Shown here: positions 51,252 through 63,540 of the stretch, piece after piece
Numbering within the stretch: the stretch's first letter is position 1
Layout: every line of letters begins with the position of its first letter
Assembly (NCBI GenBank): GCA_003427395.1
Contig: BFEA01000023.1
Coordinates: 5,676,945-5,740,944 of the forward strand
Source of the DNA: Chara braunii
Taxonomy: Eukaryota > Plantae > Charophyceae
Reading direction: 5' to 3'
Length of the DNA stretch: 64,000 bases
Program-made: the position numbers and the translations under genes
The notes under the pieces: generated by a model
What the model was told of the DNA's origin: nothing
What the model saw: the letters and a program-made list of their open reading frames with translations, nothing else
The model's database searches: none

Positions 51252-52904
51252 GCCGGACAAGCAGACTCCATTGGTTTCTGGCCGTAGCTTAAACACTCCT
51301 ATCAATCCGCTGACAAGTGATTACCAATATCATTAAAGCCCTCTATATCGTTTCCTTCCTCCCCACCCAGCCCTTGCCCCCCTTGCCCACTCACAACCTG
51401 CACACATCATCCTCAACAGGCACACTCCGCTGCGCAAGCTGACCCTATCACGGGTTGCTGGCCGTACCCTGGAGAGTCTGCCTTGTTGTCCCTACACCTC
51501 CTCCCTCTCCCAACTGATAAACATCACTCTCGCATCAACAGCCCAGGATCCGCCTCATCGTCCCCCCTCCTCCTCCCTCCCCCCGCTGATATAGAAACTC
51601 TCGCATCAACACCCCACACAACATGCTCCACCTGCACAAGCTCATCCTAATAGGAGCTGCTGGGCGTACCCTGCAAATAGTCCTGCCAGCGATGAACGTC
51701 TCCCTCTCGCATCAACACCCCACACGACATGCTCCACCTGCACAAGCTCACCCTATTAAGGAGCTGCTGGGCGTACTCTGCAAAAAGTCCTGCCAGCGAT
51801 GTTCTCCCTCTCCTCGAATCCTATATCGGGCTCCTGGCAGGACGCTGCAGAGCCATGCCATTGATAAGCTCATCCTATAAGGAGCTGCTGGGCGTACTGT
51901 GCAAATAGCCCGGCAGCGATGTTCTCCCTCTCCTCAAGCTGATCCTATATCGGGCTCCTGGCAGGACGCTGCAGAGCCCTGCCATTGATGATCCTCCCCC
52001 TCCACTTCCCATGCGAACCACAACCCTCGCACTCGACTCATTCACACCCAATCGCAGTAGCAGCAGGCCGTACCCCACAGAGCCCTCATTCTGCACTTCA
52101 CTGACTTTTTTTTCCCCTAACCAAAAGACTGCTCCTTTCTGTTCGAAGGGAGCGGCATGTGCTGGAAACACAAGTGGTTAACAGGTCCGAAAATCCTGAA
52201 AAACTAAGAGTTTTGCATGAAAACACAATTTTAACCCCCTTGGTCCAATTTTTTAACCTTTTTTTTTGCTGTCCGTTTTCTTGGTGTCCAGTCTATGGAC
52301 TGGTGACAAGTCTGGCTTCAAGGCATTGGATATTTGTTATAATGAGCCTGGAAACACCCTGAAATTTAGGGCTCTGTTAACCATCTCTCGCTGGAAAACG
52401 AGGCCCACGTCCCTGAAAACAAGAGCAATACACCCATCCACGCTTCCCCGCATTACGGTTCAGGGAACCCTCACAGCATTGATTGCTTACTTCAGGAAAG
52501 ACTACTGCCAGCACACCCATACCACCGAACCAGGCCCCTCCCAAGCTCACAAAAACCCTTCAAAGCACCAGTACAGTACATGGCCCCAGTGAGAATCCAA
52601 TTGAGCCTCTCCTATAATTTCGGAGGCTCCAACAGGGCGTCCAAAGTGCCGGTGCAAAAACAAAAAAGAGGGTCTTTGGGAATGGGAGAGCGCGGCTAAC
52701 ATCAGCATCAGCTGAGATCAGCTGTACGCGACACATAGACACTGCAAAACAACCTACCAGAGTATGTGAAAACTCGGAAATGTTTAAACTCTTAAGAAAA
52801 TATGAATGATAAGAAAGAGTAGCTCTTCGAGAGAATGACATTAAGCTCCAAGAGAGGCCATAGCCAAGCTATGGTGTGAACCATCAGTCATCGCAATGGC
52901 GGTC

Positions 52905-52982
52905 TGGCTTCCCTCCACCAGTTTCAGCTAGCGCCAGATCTAGCCTCATCAGGAGGGGATAACTCTGAGGTAATAGAAAGGT
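52905..52982 (-). ncRNA. Degenerate type III hammerhead in the 3' region of a Penelope-like element
   Basis: Minus: CTTTCTATTA..GAG-TTATCCC-CTC-CTGATGA-GGCTAG-N8-CTAGCT-GAAAC-TGGTGGAGGG. The cleavage triplet is degenerate. Confidence 0.55.
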
Positions 52983-53334
52983 AAAAACCTCTCTTAAATA
53001 GTGAGTCTCTCAGTCACTTCCCTTAGGTTCTACAGCCTTAGGCAGGAACTCTTCTCGTAGACCCGAAAATTGAAAAAGCACGGTAACTCTGTGGCCTGAA
53101 GGTCAGTTCTCGGACAAAACGTTTTGAGTAACACCGAGATGACGTAAGTCCGCCAAAAAAATAATAAATCCTAAAGTTCTGAAAAAAGCTAACTCAGTAT
53201 CTGTAGGGTCAGTCTATGACCTACAGGTTTGTCATCTTCTGAAAACGTTTACGAAAGAGAGTCCTACGGAAAAGAGATTTTTAAGCTTATCCCACGGAAA
53301 AGATTTTACTCAGTGCGCATTCTACTGGGGTAAT

Positions 53335-53540
53335 TATTTCTACGTTATAAAACCGCTAGTGTCAGGACTTTTGTACTATCTGAAACGTAAAATATCCTGT
53401 AGATTTTCAAGATCTGGGTAAATATTCCTACGTTACAAAAACGTTAGTGTTACAAAAACGTTAGTGTTACAAAAACGTTAGTGTCAGGACTTTTGTACTA
53501 TCTGAAACGTAAAATATCCAGTAGGTATTCAAGATCCGGG
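53335..53540. repeat. Tandem duplication with internal 17-bp repeats in the PLE 3' region
   Basis: TAGTGTCAGGACTTTTGTACTATCTGAAACGTAAAATATCC twice; GTTACAAAAACGTTAGT three times. Confidence 0.85.
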
Positions 53541-53547
53541 TAACTTG

Positions 53548-53980
53548 CTATCTATAATATTTTACCAGCCACAGAACTTCTTTCCCCAAGCGTCCCACGA
53601 TGGCGCTCGTCTTCGGATAAATTTCCCCAGGCACTCGTCGAAGTACTTGCCTGGGTTTCCTTACAGTCGTAGCAGTCTCTTCAGGGTTAGTAGTCCCAAT
53701 CCAATTAGTTCCACCTCCGAAGTCATTTGGTAGAGTCTGTGTAGACAACTCGTAATCACCGCCTTCTTCTGCGTGATTGCTGAGTAGGACGAGAAATCCT
53801 GTATTGTTCTGAAGGCAAGTACGCCGTCTTTCCAAATGTCATTGAAGTTCTTCAGAACTAACTGGGTCGTCACTTTTCTCCCTGTTTCAATTTTAGCTAC
53901 CACTCTAGACCTCTCCGCAACGAGCCGGATATTGTTCCCGGCAAGTCGATTCTATTGTTGTTATCTGCCTTCCTACTGCT
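53548..53980 (-). mobile_element. Penelope-like element RT C-terminal remnant
   Basis: IDLPGTI (degenerate DFLG)..KNFNDIWKDGVLAFRTIQDFSSYSAITQKKAVITSCLHRL..LKRLLRL*GNPGKYF matches the PLE RT thumb pattern (SY...KRAVI.S.L.R...GYP). Confidence 0.65.
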
Positions 53981-53988
53981 GATTATAA

Positions 53989-54033
53989 GGGACGCTGGAC
54001 CCATTTTCCAGCAGGTGAAGCTCCCCACCAATA
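53989..54033 (-). ncRNA. Structured dispersed repeat, copy h (partial), abutting the PLE remnant
   Basis: GGGACGCTGGACCCATTTTCCAGCAGGTGAAGCTCCCCACCAATA. Confidence 0.5.
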
Positions 54034-54164
54034 AACTTAAGTCATCCACCAAAGGAAAAAAAAAGAAAAGTCCCAGGCCGTGGAGTGGCACTAGGCCCAG
54101 CCCTGAACAACAAAAACAAAAAAAACGTGTACCCCGACTCATCGGTACATCGACCGCCAGTTAG

Positions 54165-54740
54165 AGAGCCATATAGTAGGCGCTATGGATTTCATACTCG
54201 TTACGAGTAGTGAGTAGAGGGACATATAGTAGGCGCTATGGATTTCATACTCGTTACCAGTAGAGAGTAGAGGGACACATAGTAGGGGCTATGGACTTCA
54301 TACTTAATGGCCAGAGAGAGTAAAGCGACATATAGTAGGGGCTGTGGACTTCAAACATGATGGCCAGCAGAGAGTAGAGGGACATATAGTAGGGGCTATG
54401 GGCTTCATACTTCATGGCCATAGTAGGGGCTGTGGACTTCAAACACGATGGCCAGCAGAGAGTAGAGGGACATATAGTAAGAGATATGGGCTTCATACTT
54501 CATGGCCAGAAGAGAATATCCAAACTCAGGGGAGGAACTATAGACTCGCACTACCCCGTGGGGCTTCCTTTCACCTCCATAATCAGCACACCCGCTCGCG
54601 ACGGTAGCCAGCAGCGAGTAGAGGGACATATAGTAGGGGCTATGGGCTTCATACTTGATGGCCAGTAGAGAGTATCCGAACTCAGGGGAACTATAGACTC
54701 GCACTACCCCTTGGGGCTTGCTTTCAACTCCATACTCAGC
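54165..54740. repeat. Minisatellite, ~53-bp units
   Basis: CATATAGTAGGGGCTATGGACTTCATAC..ATGGCCAGCAGAGAGTAGAGGGA repeated about 8 times. Confidence 0.9.
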
Positions 54741-55453
54741 ACACCAAATAGGAAATGCGTCGACCGAAGTGCACATACTAACTTTTTCTTTACACAATAT
54801 TATTCTGTTCGTATTGAATGCAACCGTTGCTTCGCACGCATGGTTGTGAGACATGGGTATAGAAATGCGTCGACCGAAGTGCAAATACTAACTTTTCTTT
54901 ACACAATATTATTCTGTTCGTATTGAATGCAACCGTTGCTTCGCACGCATGGTTGTGAGACATGGGCATAAGCTGACACCAGTATGCGCCGCTACGTATT
55001 GACCGACTTTTTAAGAAGCGTGTGCGAAAGGCACTGACCGACTTTTTAAGAAGCGTGCGCGAAAGGCACTTGTCACCTGTTTATAGAATTCCTCAACATT
55101 ATCTTCGTTTTCTTCTCCTTCTGGCTATTAAGTAATTGCCGGACATCATCTCACGCTTCTCTACTCTGAAAGTGAAGAACGACCTGGACAACACGTGCAT
55201 AGGGGAATGTGCACGCAACTTATAGACTCGCGCATGCAGAGATTCCTTCGGACAAAGCCTGACAACCGACCGTGATTCTGAACCAGGCCCCTCCCAATTC
55301 TGAGCCGCACTTTTGAAAAAGGCATTGATCTATAAAGCTGGATTTGAAAACGGAATCGATCGTGAACCAGGATTTGAAAACGGAATCGAATTTGAACTTC
55401 TGAAAAAGGAATCGATCTATGAATTGCATTCTCACTCCAGACAACAATCTATC

Positions 55454-55528
55454 CGTCCGATCCAAGGATCGAACACGCGACCTCCACGTTAAGAGGTAAA
55501 CACTCAACCAAACGGCTAGTAAGTGGAC
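55454..55528 (-). mobile_element. tRNA-Lys(CTT)-like SINE head (copy 1)
   Basis: Minus: GTCCACT..TAGCCGTTTGGTTGAG..CTCTTAA..GGAGGTCGCGTGTTCGATCC. Has A-box-like, anticodon-loop and B-box motifs, but poor stems. Confidence 0.6.
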
Positions 55529-55966
55529 TGGGGTGAAAGTTAAGCCCCAAGATGAGTACTTAACCCCACCCCAGCACGGGTACTCGTTTTTCCCCGCGAC
55601 CCGGGTACTCGTTTTTCCCCGCGACCCGGTGTACCCAGTCACACACGCGCACCCAACCAGGGTGTGTAGACGTAGCCACCATACAATGTACGACCTCACT
55701 GNTGGTTGCCACGCAGGTAAGAATTGCACTCTCACTCCAGACAACAAGCTGTCCGTCCGCACCGGGTCAAAGTTAAGCCCCAAGATGAGTACTTAACCCC
55801 ACCCCAGCACGGGTACTCGTTTTTCCCCACGACCCGGTGTACCCAGTCACATACGCGCACCCAACCAGGGTGTGTAGACGTAGCCACCATACAACGTACG
55901 ACCTCACTGCTGGTTGCCACGCAGGTAAGAATTGCACTCACTCCAGACAACAAGCTGTCCGTCCGC

Positions 55967-56036
55967 ACCGATCCAAGGATCGAACACGCGACCTCCACGT
56001 TAAGAGGTAAACACTCAACCAAACGGCTAAGTGGAC
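55967..56036 (-). mobile_element. tRNA-Lys(CTT)-like SINE head (copy 2)
   Basis: Same sequence as 55454-55528, inside a complex tandem array (55310-56190). Confidence 0.6.
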
Positions 56037-56875
56037 TGGGGAGCTGGAATTGAAAACGGAATCGACCGTGAACCAGGATTTGAAAACGGAATCGAATTTG
56101 CAAAAGGAATTGATCGTGAACCTGAATGTGAAAGAGGAATTGATCGGGAAGCTGGATTTGAAAAAGGAAATGATCGTGATTCTGAACCACTGCTGAACCA
56201 CCGAGTTGACTGTAAGAACGTCTCTTTTTTTGTTGTTACCTAAATTGGATGTATATAGTCTCCCTCTCCTCCCCCTGCACACCGTGCGTAGGGGAATGTG
56301 CGCATAACTGAGACTCATGCATGCGGATTTCTTCGGAGAAAGCTTGACAAAACAGTGTGCGGAAAGCAGTATTGGCCGCTGCTTCTCGCACATGCTTCAA
56401 CAGATAAACAAGACATCTCCACATGCACTGTTCTCAGTGGAAACGTGCATTTACGCTGCACTCCTAGTACTCCTCAAGGGGCGCGGATTTCTTCGGAGAA
56501 AGCTGGACAAAAAAGTGTGCGGAAAGCAGTGTTGGCCGCTGCTTCAAGCACATGCTTCAACAGATAAACATGACATCTCCACATGCACTGTTCTCAGTGG
56601 AAACGTGCATTTAGGCTGCGCTCCTGGTACTCCTCAAGGGGCTTATTCCCAAGATCGCCTTGCCCGCACCACCAACATGCGAAGATGTAATGTTTATCTG
56701 TTGAAGATTGTGCGAGAAGCAGTCAATAACCGTTGTTTTCACTCCTCTTCTTGTTCGTCTCCCGTATCAATTGCCGCGCATGAACTCGTCAATTGCCCAC
56801 CATGGTCTCACGCTCCTCTACACAGTTGTTAAGAGAACAAAGAGACTAACCGACGCTCGCGAAGATGCGTTGAAA

Positions 56876-57100
56876 ACGAGGAAGTAACGACCTTCACGCC
56901 TGACAAGAAAAACGGTCCTCATCGAGTTCGATAACGGTGTATTGCAGAAAAACGGTCCTTATCGAGTTGTTAAGGAAGTAACGACCTTCACGCCTGACAA
57001 GGAAGTAACGACCTTCACGCCTGACAAGGAAGTAACGACCTTCACGCCTGACAAGGAAGTAACGACCTTCACGCCTGACAAGGAAGCAACGACCGTCACA
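56876..57100. repeat. 27-bp tandem repeat
   Basis: AGGAAGTAACGACCTTCACGCCTGACA five times plus a partial unit. Confidence 0.9.
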
Positions 57101-57171
57101 CCGTGAATCAGAGCGCAAAGGCGGAAAAAGATAACAAAAAAAGGAAAGAAGGAAAGCTCCGCCCGTTCATC

Positions 57172-57280
57172 ACCTCTTACGTACAAGGCCAGCCACGTGG
57201 ATGACAGGTTGAGCGCTGTTTGCCCCCATCCCCGTGTGTCACAAGGACCCACTTATACGCAGCCAAAAGGCAAAGAGGTA
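57172..57280 (-). repeat. ~110-bp dispersed repeat with a U2-like 5' end; second copy at 59830-59936
   Basis: Minus: TACCTCTTTGCCTTTTGGCT..AAGTGGG..GACACACGGG..GCTCAACCT..ATCCACGTGG..GGCCTTGTACG.AAGAGG at both loci. Confidence 0.65.
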
Positions 57281-58598
57281 AAGAAAAGGAGGAAACCAAA
57301 CTTCACAGAGGCAAGAGAAAGAGAAAGTGATCCAATCAAAGAAAGGACATTTATTCTTCTTTTTTCGTTTCTTTTGTTTTCGTTCTTCTTTCCTTCAGCA
57401 ATTTGTTCTTTTTCTCTTTCCTCTTTTTCTCTTTTTTTTTTCTCTTTTCTTTCCTCTTTTTCCCATTTTTTTTGTTCATTTTTTCTTTTTTTTTTCCCTT
57501 CTTTCTTCAATTCCGTATCCGTTGGTAGTGTCGAAAACTTCATCTGTCCCGCAATTAGTGTTGCTCCTGCCCTGCTTGATTCTATTGACAAGTCAGGAGA
57601 AGAAGCCCCCACCCCGGTAGATAGGACAGGCACGCTGAGGATGCCGTGGATGTTCACAAGCATACCCAAGGAGAGCTGCGCGCCAGCACAGCATTCAGCA
57701 GCAGGACTGCTAGCACGGACCATCCCATCAAAACAGTCACAGAAGGGACAACGAATATCTGCGTGATAGGAAATGTTGGACACCCTCCAGCACAGACGGC
57801 GGCGGCCACAACAGGTTGATAATGGTGATGGCATAGATAATGAATTCCACACCCAACACTACTTAATTCTGAATTTCTTCGCTCCGTGACAGGAAGTTAG
57901 CTCGGGGAATTGCCCCCAATTGACCCGAAGTGCTCTGAATTGCCCCTCCGCCCACCACAAACGTCCGGGCATTATTATTCTATGCTCCTCAACGCTATTT
58001 GCAGAAACAACGGCCAATTGTGTACGTAATTTCCAAATAAATAAATGTATAAGCGCATATCATCACATATCATCACATATTATCAGGTTTAAGAGAAGGA
58101 TAGGGTGAGGGGAAGACTCCATTTCTCCACACTACCTCCAACGACCGATCCTATCCCCAATTTCCAATACACTCCATCTAAGAGGCAAAGAGTTGGGCGG
58201 GGGGAAACGTCATATTTCTTTCCTTTCTTCGTTTTTTCACCCCTGAGGGCAACGACCATTGTGATAATCTGGCTGCACCCCGATTCGAACTAGGGTCTGT
58301 ATTTCAACAGTTCACGGGTATGTACCAACTGAGCTAGGCAGTCGAACAAAAAAAAAAAAAAAAAAAAAAAAGGAGCTAGGCCAGTCGGTGGAAAGTCCAT
58401 TTCTGTACACATCCTTCGCCAGCGCAACCCGTCCCCAAAAAACAGAAAAAGAAAAAACACGGAGTAGGTCCACCGTAACGACTTTTCCAACAAGCCGAAC
58501 GAAATTCGCAAAACTGACGAGCAATACTGCTCTGCCATTCCGAACAACTCGCAAAAAAAGCAATCACTGGACTGAAACATCCGCGCACACAAACGTAC

Positions 58599-58643
58599 CT
58601 GGACGAGGAGCTGGGGGAGGTGCAGGCCGCCTCATCATTCCAC
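58599..58643 (-). CDS. CHCHD2: CHCH protein first recognisable coding exon
   Basis: ttttcag|(G)GMMRRPAPPPAPRP(V)|gtacgt. 45 bp, phase 1/1, Arg/Pro-rich like family N-termini, and in frame with exon 45167. The start codon may lie here or in an exon not found. Confidence 0.65.
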
Positions 58644-58832
58644 CTGAAAAAAATCACACCATCACAATAGCGTGAACAACAAACAAGACGGAGGTTTATT
58701 ACCATATGCAAAATATTTCCGCGCACACAAGCGTACTTTGTTATGCTTTATGCCTGTCATACGTAATGGGAGTGTTTTCTGCGTTGTGTTGTTCGTTTCT
58801 TTTTTTTCTTTTTTTTTTTGTGTGTGTGTGTC

Positions 58833-58868
<36 letters not shown>

Positions 58869-59211
58869 GTGTTCATTTCTGTTCCTGTGGGGAATTGTAT
58901 TTCCTTTCCCTCCTTGCGCGTCTTCCTCTCTCCTGGCTTCCCGCCTGCTAGACTCTCTCCCTGCTATCCCGTCTTTCTTCCTTGGTCGTTGTTGCTATAC
59001 CATAATCCCACCCAAAGAGCTTCCTCGTACGGTGTTACGCAAGCTATGCTTCCGGTCCCGTACAACCGTACGGGAGGGTGCGTTGTGCTCGGGTGAAGAC
59101 GGTAATTAGTCTTGATGCACGGGAGAGCTGTAGCAGCCAGTGCTGCGGTCTTCACCTCTGGCTTTCTTAGTTTTCTAGGCTCGTTGATATACAAGTCGAG
59201 TCCGTTGGCTA

Positions 59212-59316
59212 CAATCTTCCCCCGAATACAACGTACGGTCATTATAGCTGAATTTGGGGTATCTTTCAGTCTGAATTCAGCTATAATGACCGTACGTTGT
59301 ATTCGGGGGAAGACTG
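59212..59316. mobile_element. Intact palindromic Tc1/mariner-type MITE with TA TSD
   Basis: TA|CAATCTTCCCCCGAATACAACGTACGGTCATTATAGCTGAATT...AATTCAGCTATAATGACCGTACGTTGTATTCGGGGGAAGACTG|TA. Confidence 0.85.
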
Positions 59317-60069
59317 TAGGGCTTCGTTCCACTACAAGCCAAATATGTAAACGCCGAGTGGCATGTCTCTTGTCGGCAAACGTGGCATGATACATTCGCC
59401 GTTTTCAGAATTAGCGAGGGGTGGAAAAAGGACCTTAGGAAAGGCCGTCGTATGTGTCTTGCCGCCAATCGGCGTCAGAATACCTTCGTCGTTCCCACTC
59501 TTCGCGAGTAGCGGAACAAGGAATTCAAGAAACCCCGTCGACAAAGGAGACAGTCTGTGATAGACTAGACTGCTTCAATTAGTATATACACATCGCATGT
59601 ATAAGGGTATGCTACATGACGATACATACCCCTCTACATATCATCACAACACACGATAATATATACACGCACAAATACATCGCGATACATACACACATAT
59701 ATACACACATACACACACGCACATATATATCATCACATGAATATGAGAGCGCAAAAGCGAATAAAAGAAAAAAATTAATCGTTTTTTTTTTCGTATCTTC
59801 TTCGTTACAACTCCACCTGTTCAGAACCTCCTCTTGCGTACAAGGCCGCCCACGTGGATGTAGGTTGAGCGGCGGCTGCCCCCACCCCCGTGTGTCATAT
59901 CGACCCACTTGCACACAGCCAAAAGGCGAAGAGGCAAAGAAAGGAGGAAGGGAACAGCCAAATAAAACAGAACAGGGGGCACATATATATATAGAATATA
60001 TATAATATTTTTACACACATAGATATGCACATACACATTTAGTATAGATGGGTACATATATCGTCCTTG

Positions 60070-60173
60070 AGAACTGCCCGGTGAAACGTATGCAGAGAGG
60101 GAGACGAGAACAAGAAACGGGGGGCTGCGACAGACTTGTCTCCTCGGAGTTTCCCTAATGATCAGGAGGCTGA
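60070..60173 (-). repeat. Degenerate hammerhead family A copy
   Basis: GAACTGCCCGGTGAAACGTATGCAGAGAG..GGGGCTGCGACAGACTTGTCTCCTCGGAGTTTCCC..ATCAGGAGGCTGAA in TA-rich flanks. Confidence 0.6.
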
Positions 60174-60347
60174 ATATATTACTTGCGACGCTATCTGGTC
60201 ATATTCCAACAAGAAAGAAGCATCTAAAAGGGATGCGAAGCTGTCTGGTAGATTTTCTGGAAGGAGCAACGAACAGGGAAGCGAATTTCATGTCAGCAGA
60301 CGAACGAGGAAAGCAAGGCAGAAAGGATTTCGAGGCAGTCTACCCTT

Positions 60348-60548
60348 TTTCCCCCGAATAGAACGTACGGTCATCTATTCGGTGATTTTGAAAGTATCTA
60401 GACTGAAGGTTATCATACAGCTATATTGCCCGTACGTCGTTATATTCGAGGGAAGAAGGGAGAAGCGAAGCGACGAAACCTTCCAACAAGCAACAAAACG
60501 AAGGCCGCATACAGAAATGATGACCGCACGTTCTATTCGGGGGAAGAC
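60348..60548. mobile_element. Degenerate copies of the palindromic MITE
   Basis: TTCCCCCGAATAGAACGTACGGTCAT and ATGACCGCACGTTCTATTCGGGGGAAGA. Confidence 0.6.
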
Positions 60549-62384
60549 GGGTAGCAAGCACTTTCCACAACAACAGACAGAAGACCAATGTGCGCACACC
60601 AACTTCGCCTCGATTTTCAAAAAAAAGGAAAAAAAACACGACAAAGGTGAACGTGCATATTTCTCTCTGGGTACAACGGTGGTAAAGCACAACACGGAGA
60701 CGTACAACGAGGCAGAGATAACAAGGGGCATTTCTCTCTCATACCTGATCTTCCCTTCGAAGAACGAGGCATCTTCGCGATAAGAAGTTTGGCCCCCTGG
60801 CTCCCTCGCACTGCCAGCAAGCAGAAACCTTCCCTCGCACGCACCCTTCAAAAAAAAACAGATCTCGCGGAAATGGCTGCAAAAAGCCTGCAATGATCGG
60901 CACGCGCCAGGCTCGCCCGACGACGACCGCTTACTGTCAGCGTGACTGTACGGCTGTGCGCAGGAATGGGCGTAGCTCCGTCCCCTGAACTCGAGATGGC
61001 GCTGGAGATGATGCCGCAAGTGGCGCGGTAGAGATAGCGCGGGAGAGATGGCGCGAGAGAGATGGCGCAGAAGAGATGGCGCTGGAGACGGCGCTGAAGT
61101 TGGCGCTAGACGTGTGCGACCGCTCAATCAGCAGACCTAAACTTATCTCAGCATGTAGTTAAATATGCGGGGAGCGTGCGATTCGACGCCCACGTTTGCA
61201 AGATTGCCACGCTGCAATAGAGACTGCCGAGAAAAATCGTCGCGTGTGGATCGTCACCGGGCCGCGGTAGATCGCCGCACAATCCAGCTTTAGGTCATAC
61301 TCCGACTACCGGCGGTAGACCTTTTTCGACGTAATTGCCGCCAGGAGCATCCAGACTATAGCTTTTTCAAATTCTCTGGGGGACGTAATTGAAGCCAGGA
61401 GCATCCAGTCTGGGTTCGAAAAGCGGTCATATACATCCAGGAAAGTCCTTATGTGAGCCTGCACTTAGACCGTCCGATGGTGTCACGATCGCGGACTTAG
61501 ACCGTCAGATGGTGTCCCTATCGTGGAGAATCATCCGTAAGGCGCGCGCACCAGCTTTTTTTTTCCTGTTTTTTTTTTCCTTTTCTTTTCGCGCGCGCGA
61601 ACCAGCTCGTGCAGTAGAAGTGCGCGATGGTTTTCGCAATTTTCAACAAGTGCAGTCAACCGCCACGCCAAATGGCATGTGTTTCAAAAAAACTGGAAAA
61701 CGCAGAAAAACGCTGCATGCGTTAGACCGTCGATTCGTCGTGTGATCTAGGGCAGCTGTGACGCATCGTGCGCTGTGGTTCTGATTATTCTGGATCGAAT
61801 CTACAGAAACAAACGAGAGTCACAAGGCGGAGCAACCCCAAGGCGGAGGCGGGGAGCGGGTGGGAATTCTGCTCCTGCCATCAGGCCAGGTCTCACTTCC
61901 ATAGATTCTTCATTTCTAACCATTCACGGTGAAGATCAACGGTCACAAGCGAAGAATACCTAGAAGTTGGACCAGGGCCCCAAGCACGAGAACCTTCGGA
62001 GACACTCACGCTTGTGGCTCACAAAACCTTCCGACTTCGATTTTTTTATCAGTTACTGCCACGCTGCGGCCTTCGGCAACGCAGAGAAAAAAAAAAAAAA
62101 GATGCCACGTGGGCATCAGGGTGGTCCATCCATGGGCAAGGAAACGAAAACCTACGCTCTAGGAAGTTACTGCGCGCCCGCGACAATCGCGAAGTTTCGG
62201 TTTTGGGCAATTGTCCTGGAGGAGCGCCCGTGGTTGGAGCGGGTTCGGACGGTTTGATCTGTTTTTTCTTTTCTTTTCTTTTTTTGTGGTTGCCATCGGT
62301 TGGGAGCGGGTGGACCTCACCCGGGGCAAGGTCCCACTTGCGGGAATTAAGAGATGGACCGTCGATAGCAAAGATCGATGACCG

Positions 62385-63540
62385 ATGTACCTGGGTGAAG
62401 GCAATGTACTCCAAGGCAACCTCGGCAGTGATGGTAAATGGGAAATTGTCTGAGGAATTCCAGCTGACCCGTTCTCTTCGCCAGGGGTGTCCACTAGCCC
62501 CGCTTCTTTTTGTGCTACAATTAGAAACTCTGTTGGATAACATTAGATTTAATCCTAAGATAACAGGCCTATCTCTAACCCCCACGTTGGAATGGAAAGG
62601 GGGGGCATTGGCAGATGACCTGACTGTGGCTTGTGAGAATAGGAAATCAGCATTACCTGAACTAAAGAATGTAATAGATAGCTATTGTGTATTATCTGAG
62701 GCATCTATAAATTGGCAAAAATCTGTGTACTTCCTGCCTGATATTTTTGTATTGAAAGTGGATTGGGGTCTGCGGCAGATCCCGACAGAAAATTCAGAAC
62801 GCTTTCTGGGAGTCCAAGTGTCTTTGACAGATTGCTCGCGAGCACAAGACAACCTACTGGCAGACAAGGTTACATCAAGGATTCACAATTGGCAACGCAA
62901 TCATAAGCTCTCCCTAATGGGGAGAGCTTTGGTGGTGTCGGCAGTGGGACTTTCTCAGTTATGGTTCCCCCTCTCGATCAGAAAATTGGGGGATACAGCA
63001 TATGCGCAGATTAAAAGATGTGCGGCCAAGTACATATGGAAACCGGATGCAGACGAAGGGGCAGGGTTTCTTACGAAGGTGGCCTGGGACACGATAACCC
63101 TCCCACGAAAACAAGGGGGACTGGGGGTCCTGGACCCCCGACAGCAAAATGAGGCCTTGCTGGCCAAATGGCCAGTAAAGGCAATGTTTGATAACCCTTC
63201 AAAACTCTAGATTAGGCTAGCTGAGTACATACTGGGGAAAGAGTGGGGTCTGACAGATGGAAGGGATGTTTGACTCTGCCTTCTTCCTCCTTCCTTTGCA
63301 AACAGAAGACCTCAATCACGCGTCTGGAGGGATATACTACAGGCTTGGCATAAGCTGCTACCACGCAGCTTCAACCTTCCAACCTCAAAGGAGGAGACAC
63401 TTAATCAACTGCCATTTGAGAACAATCTAATAGTCCAGGAGAACGGAGAGCCTTTTGGGACAAGGGATGGATCAGGATGTTTTGGAAGGTCCTGGATCCA
63501 GAAGGGTGCTACAAGTGAAGCACATATGGGATGGGGAGAG
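62385..63540 (+). mobile_element. L1-clade LINE ORF2 reverse transcriptase fragment
   Basis: WVKAMY..VNG..SLRQGCPLAPLLF..ALADDL..INWQKS..RFLGV..LSLMGRAL..PRKQGGLG. Stops at 63208 and 63271; truncated by another repeat at ~63543. Confidence 0.92.

Noticed and set aside
55454-56036. Functional tRNA-Lys genes
   Set aside because: Acceptor, D and T stems pair poorly; treated as SINE heads.
54165-57100. CRISPR-like regular repeats
   Set aside because: Units are contiguous tandem repeats with no unique spacers, no cas genes, and a eukaryotic context.
59350-59395. MPRLPTRD as the CHCH start exon
   Set aside because: No in-phase splice donor follows.
62014-62385. N-terminal part of the 398-aa ORF
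   Set aside because: Not LINE-like; the frame is open by chance upstream of the RT fragment.
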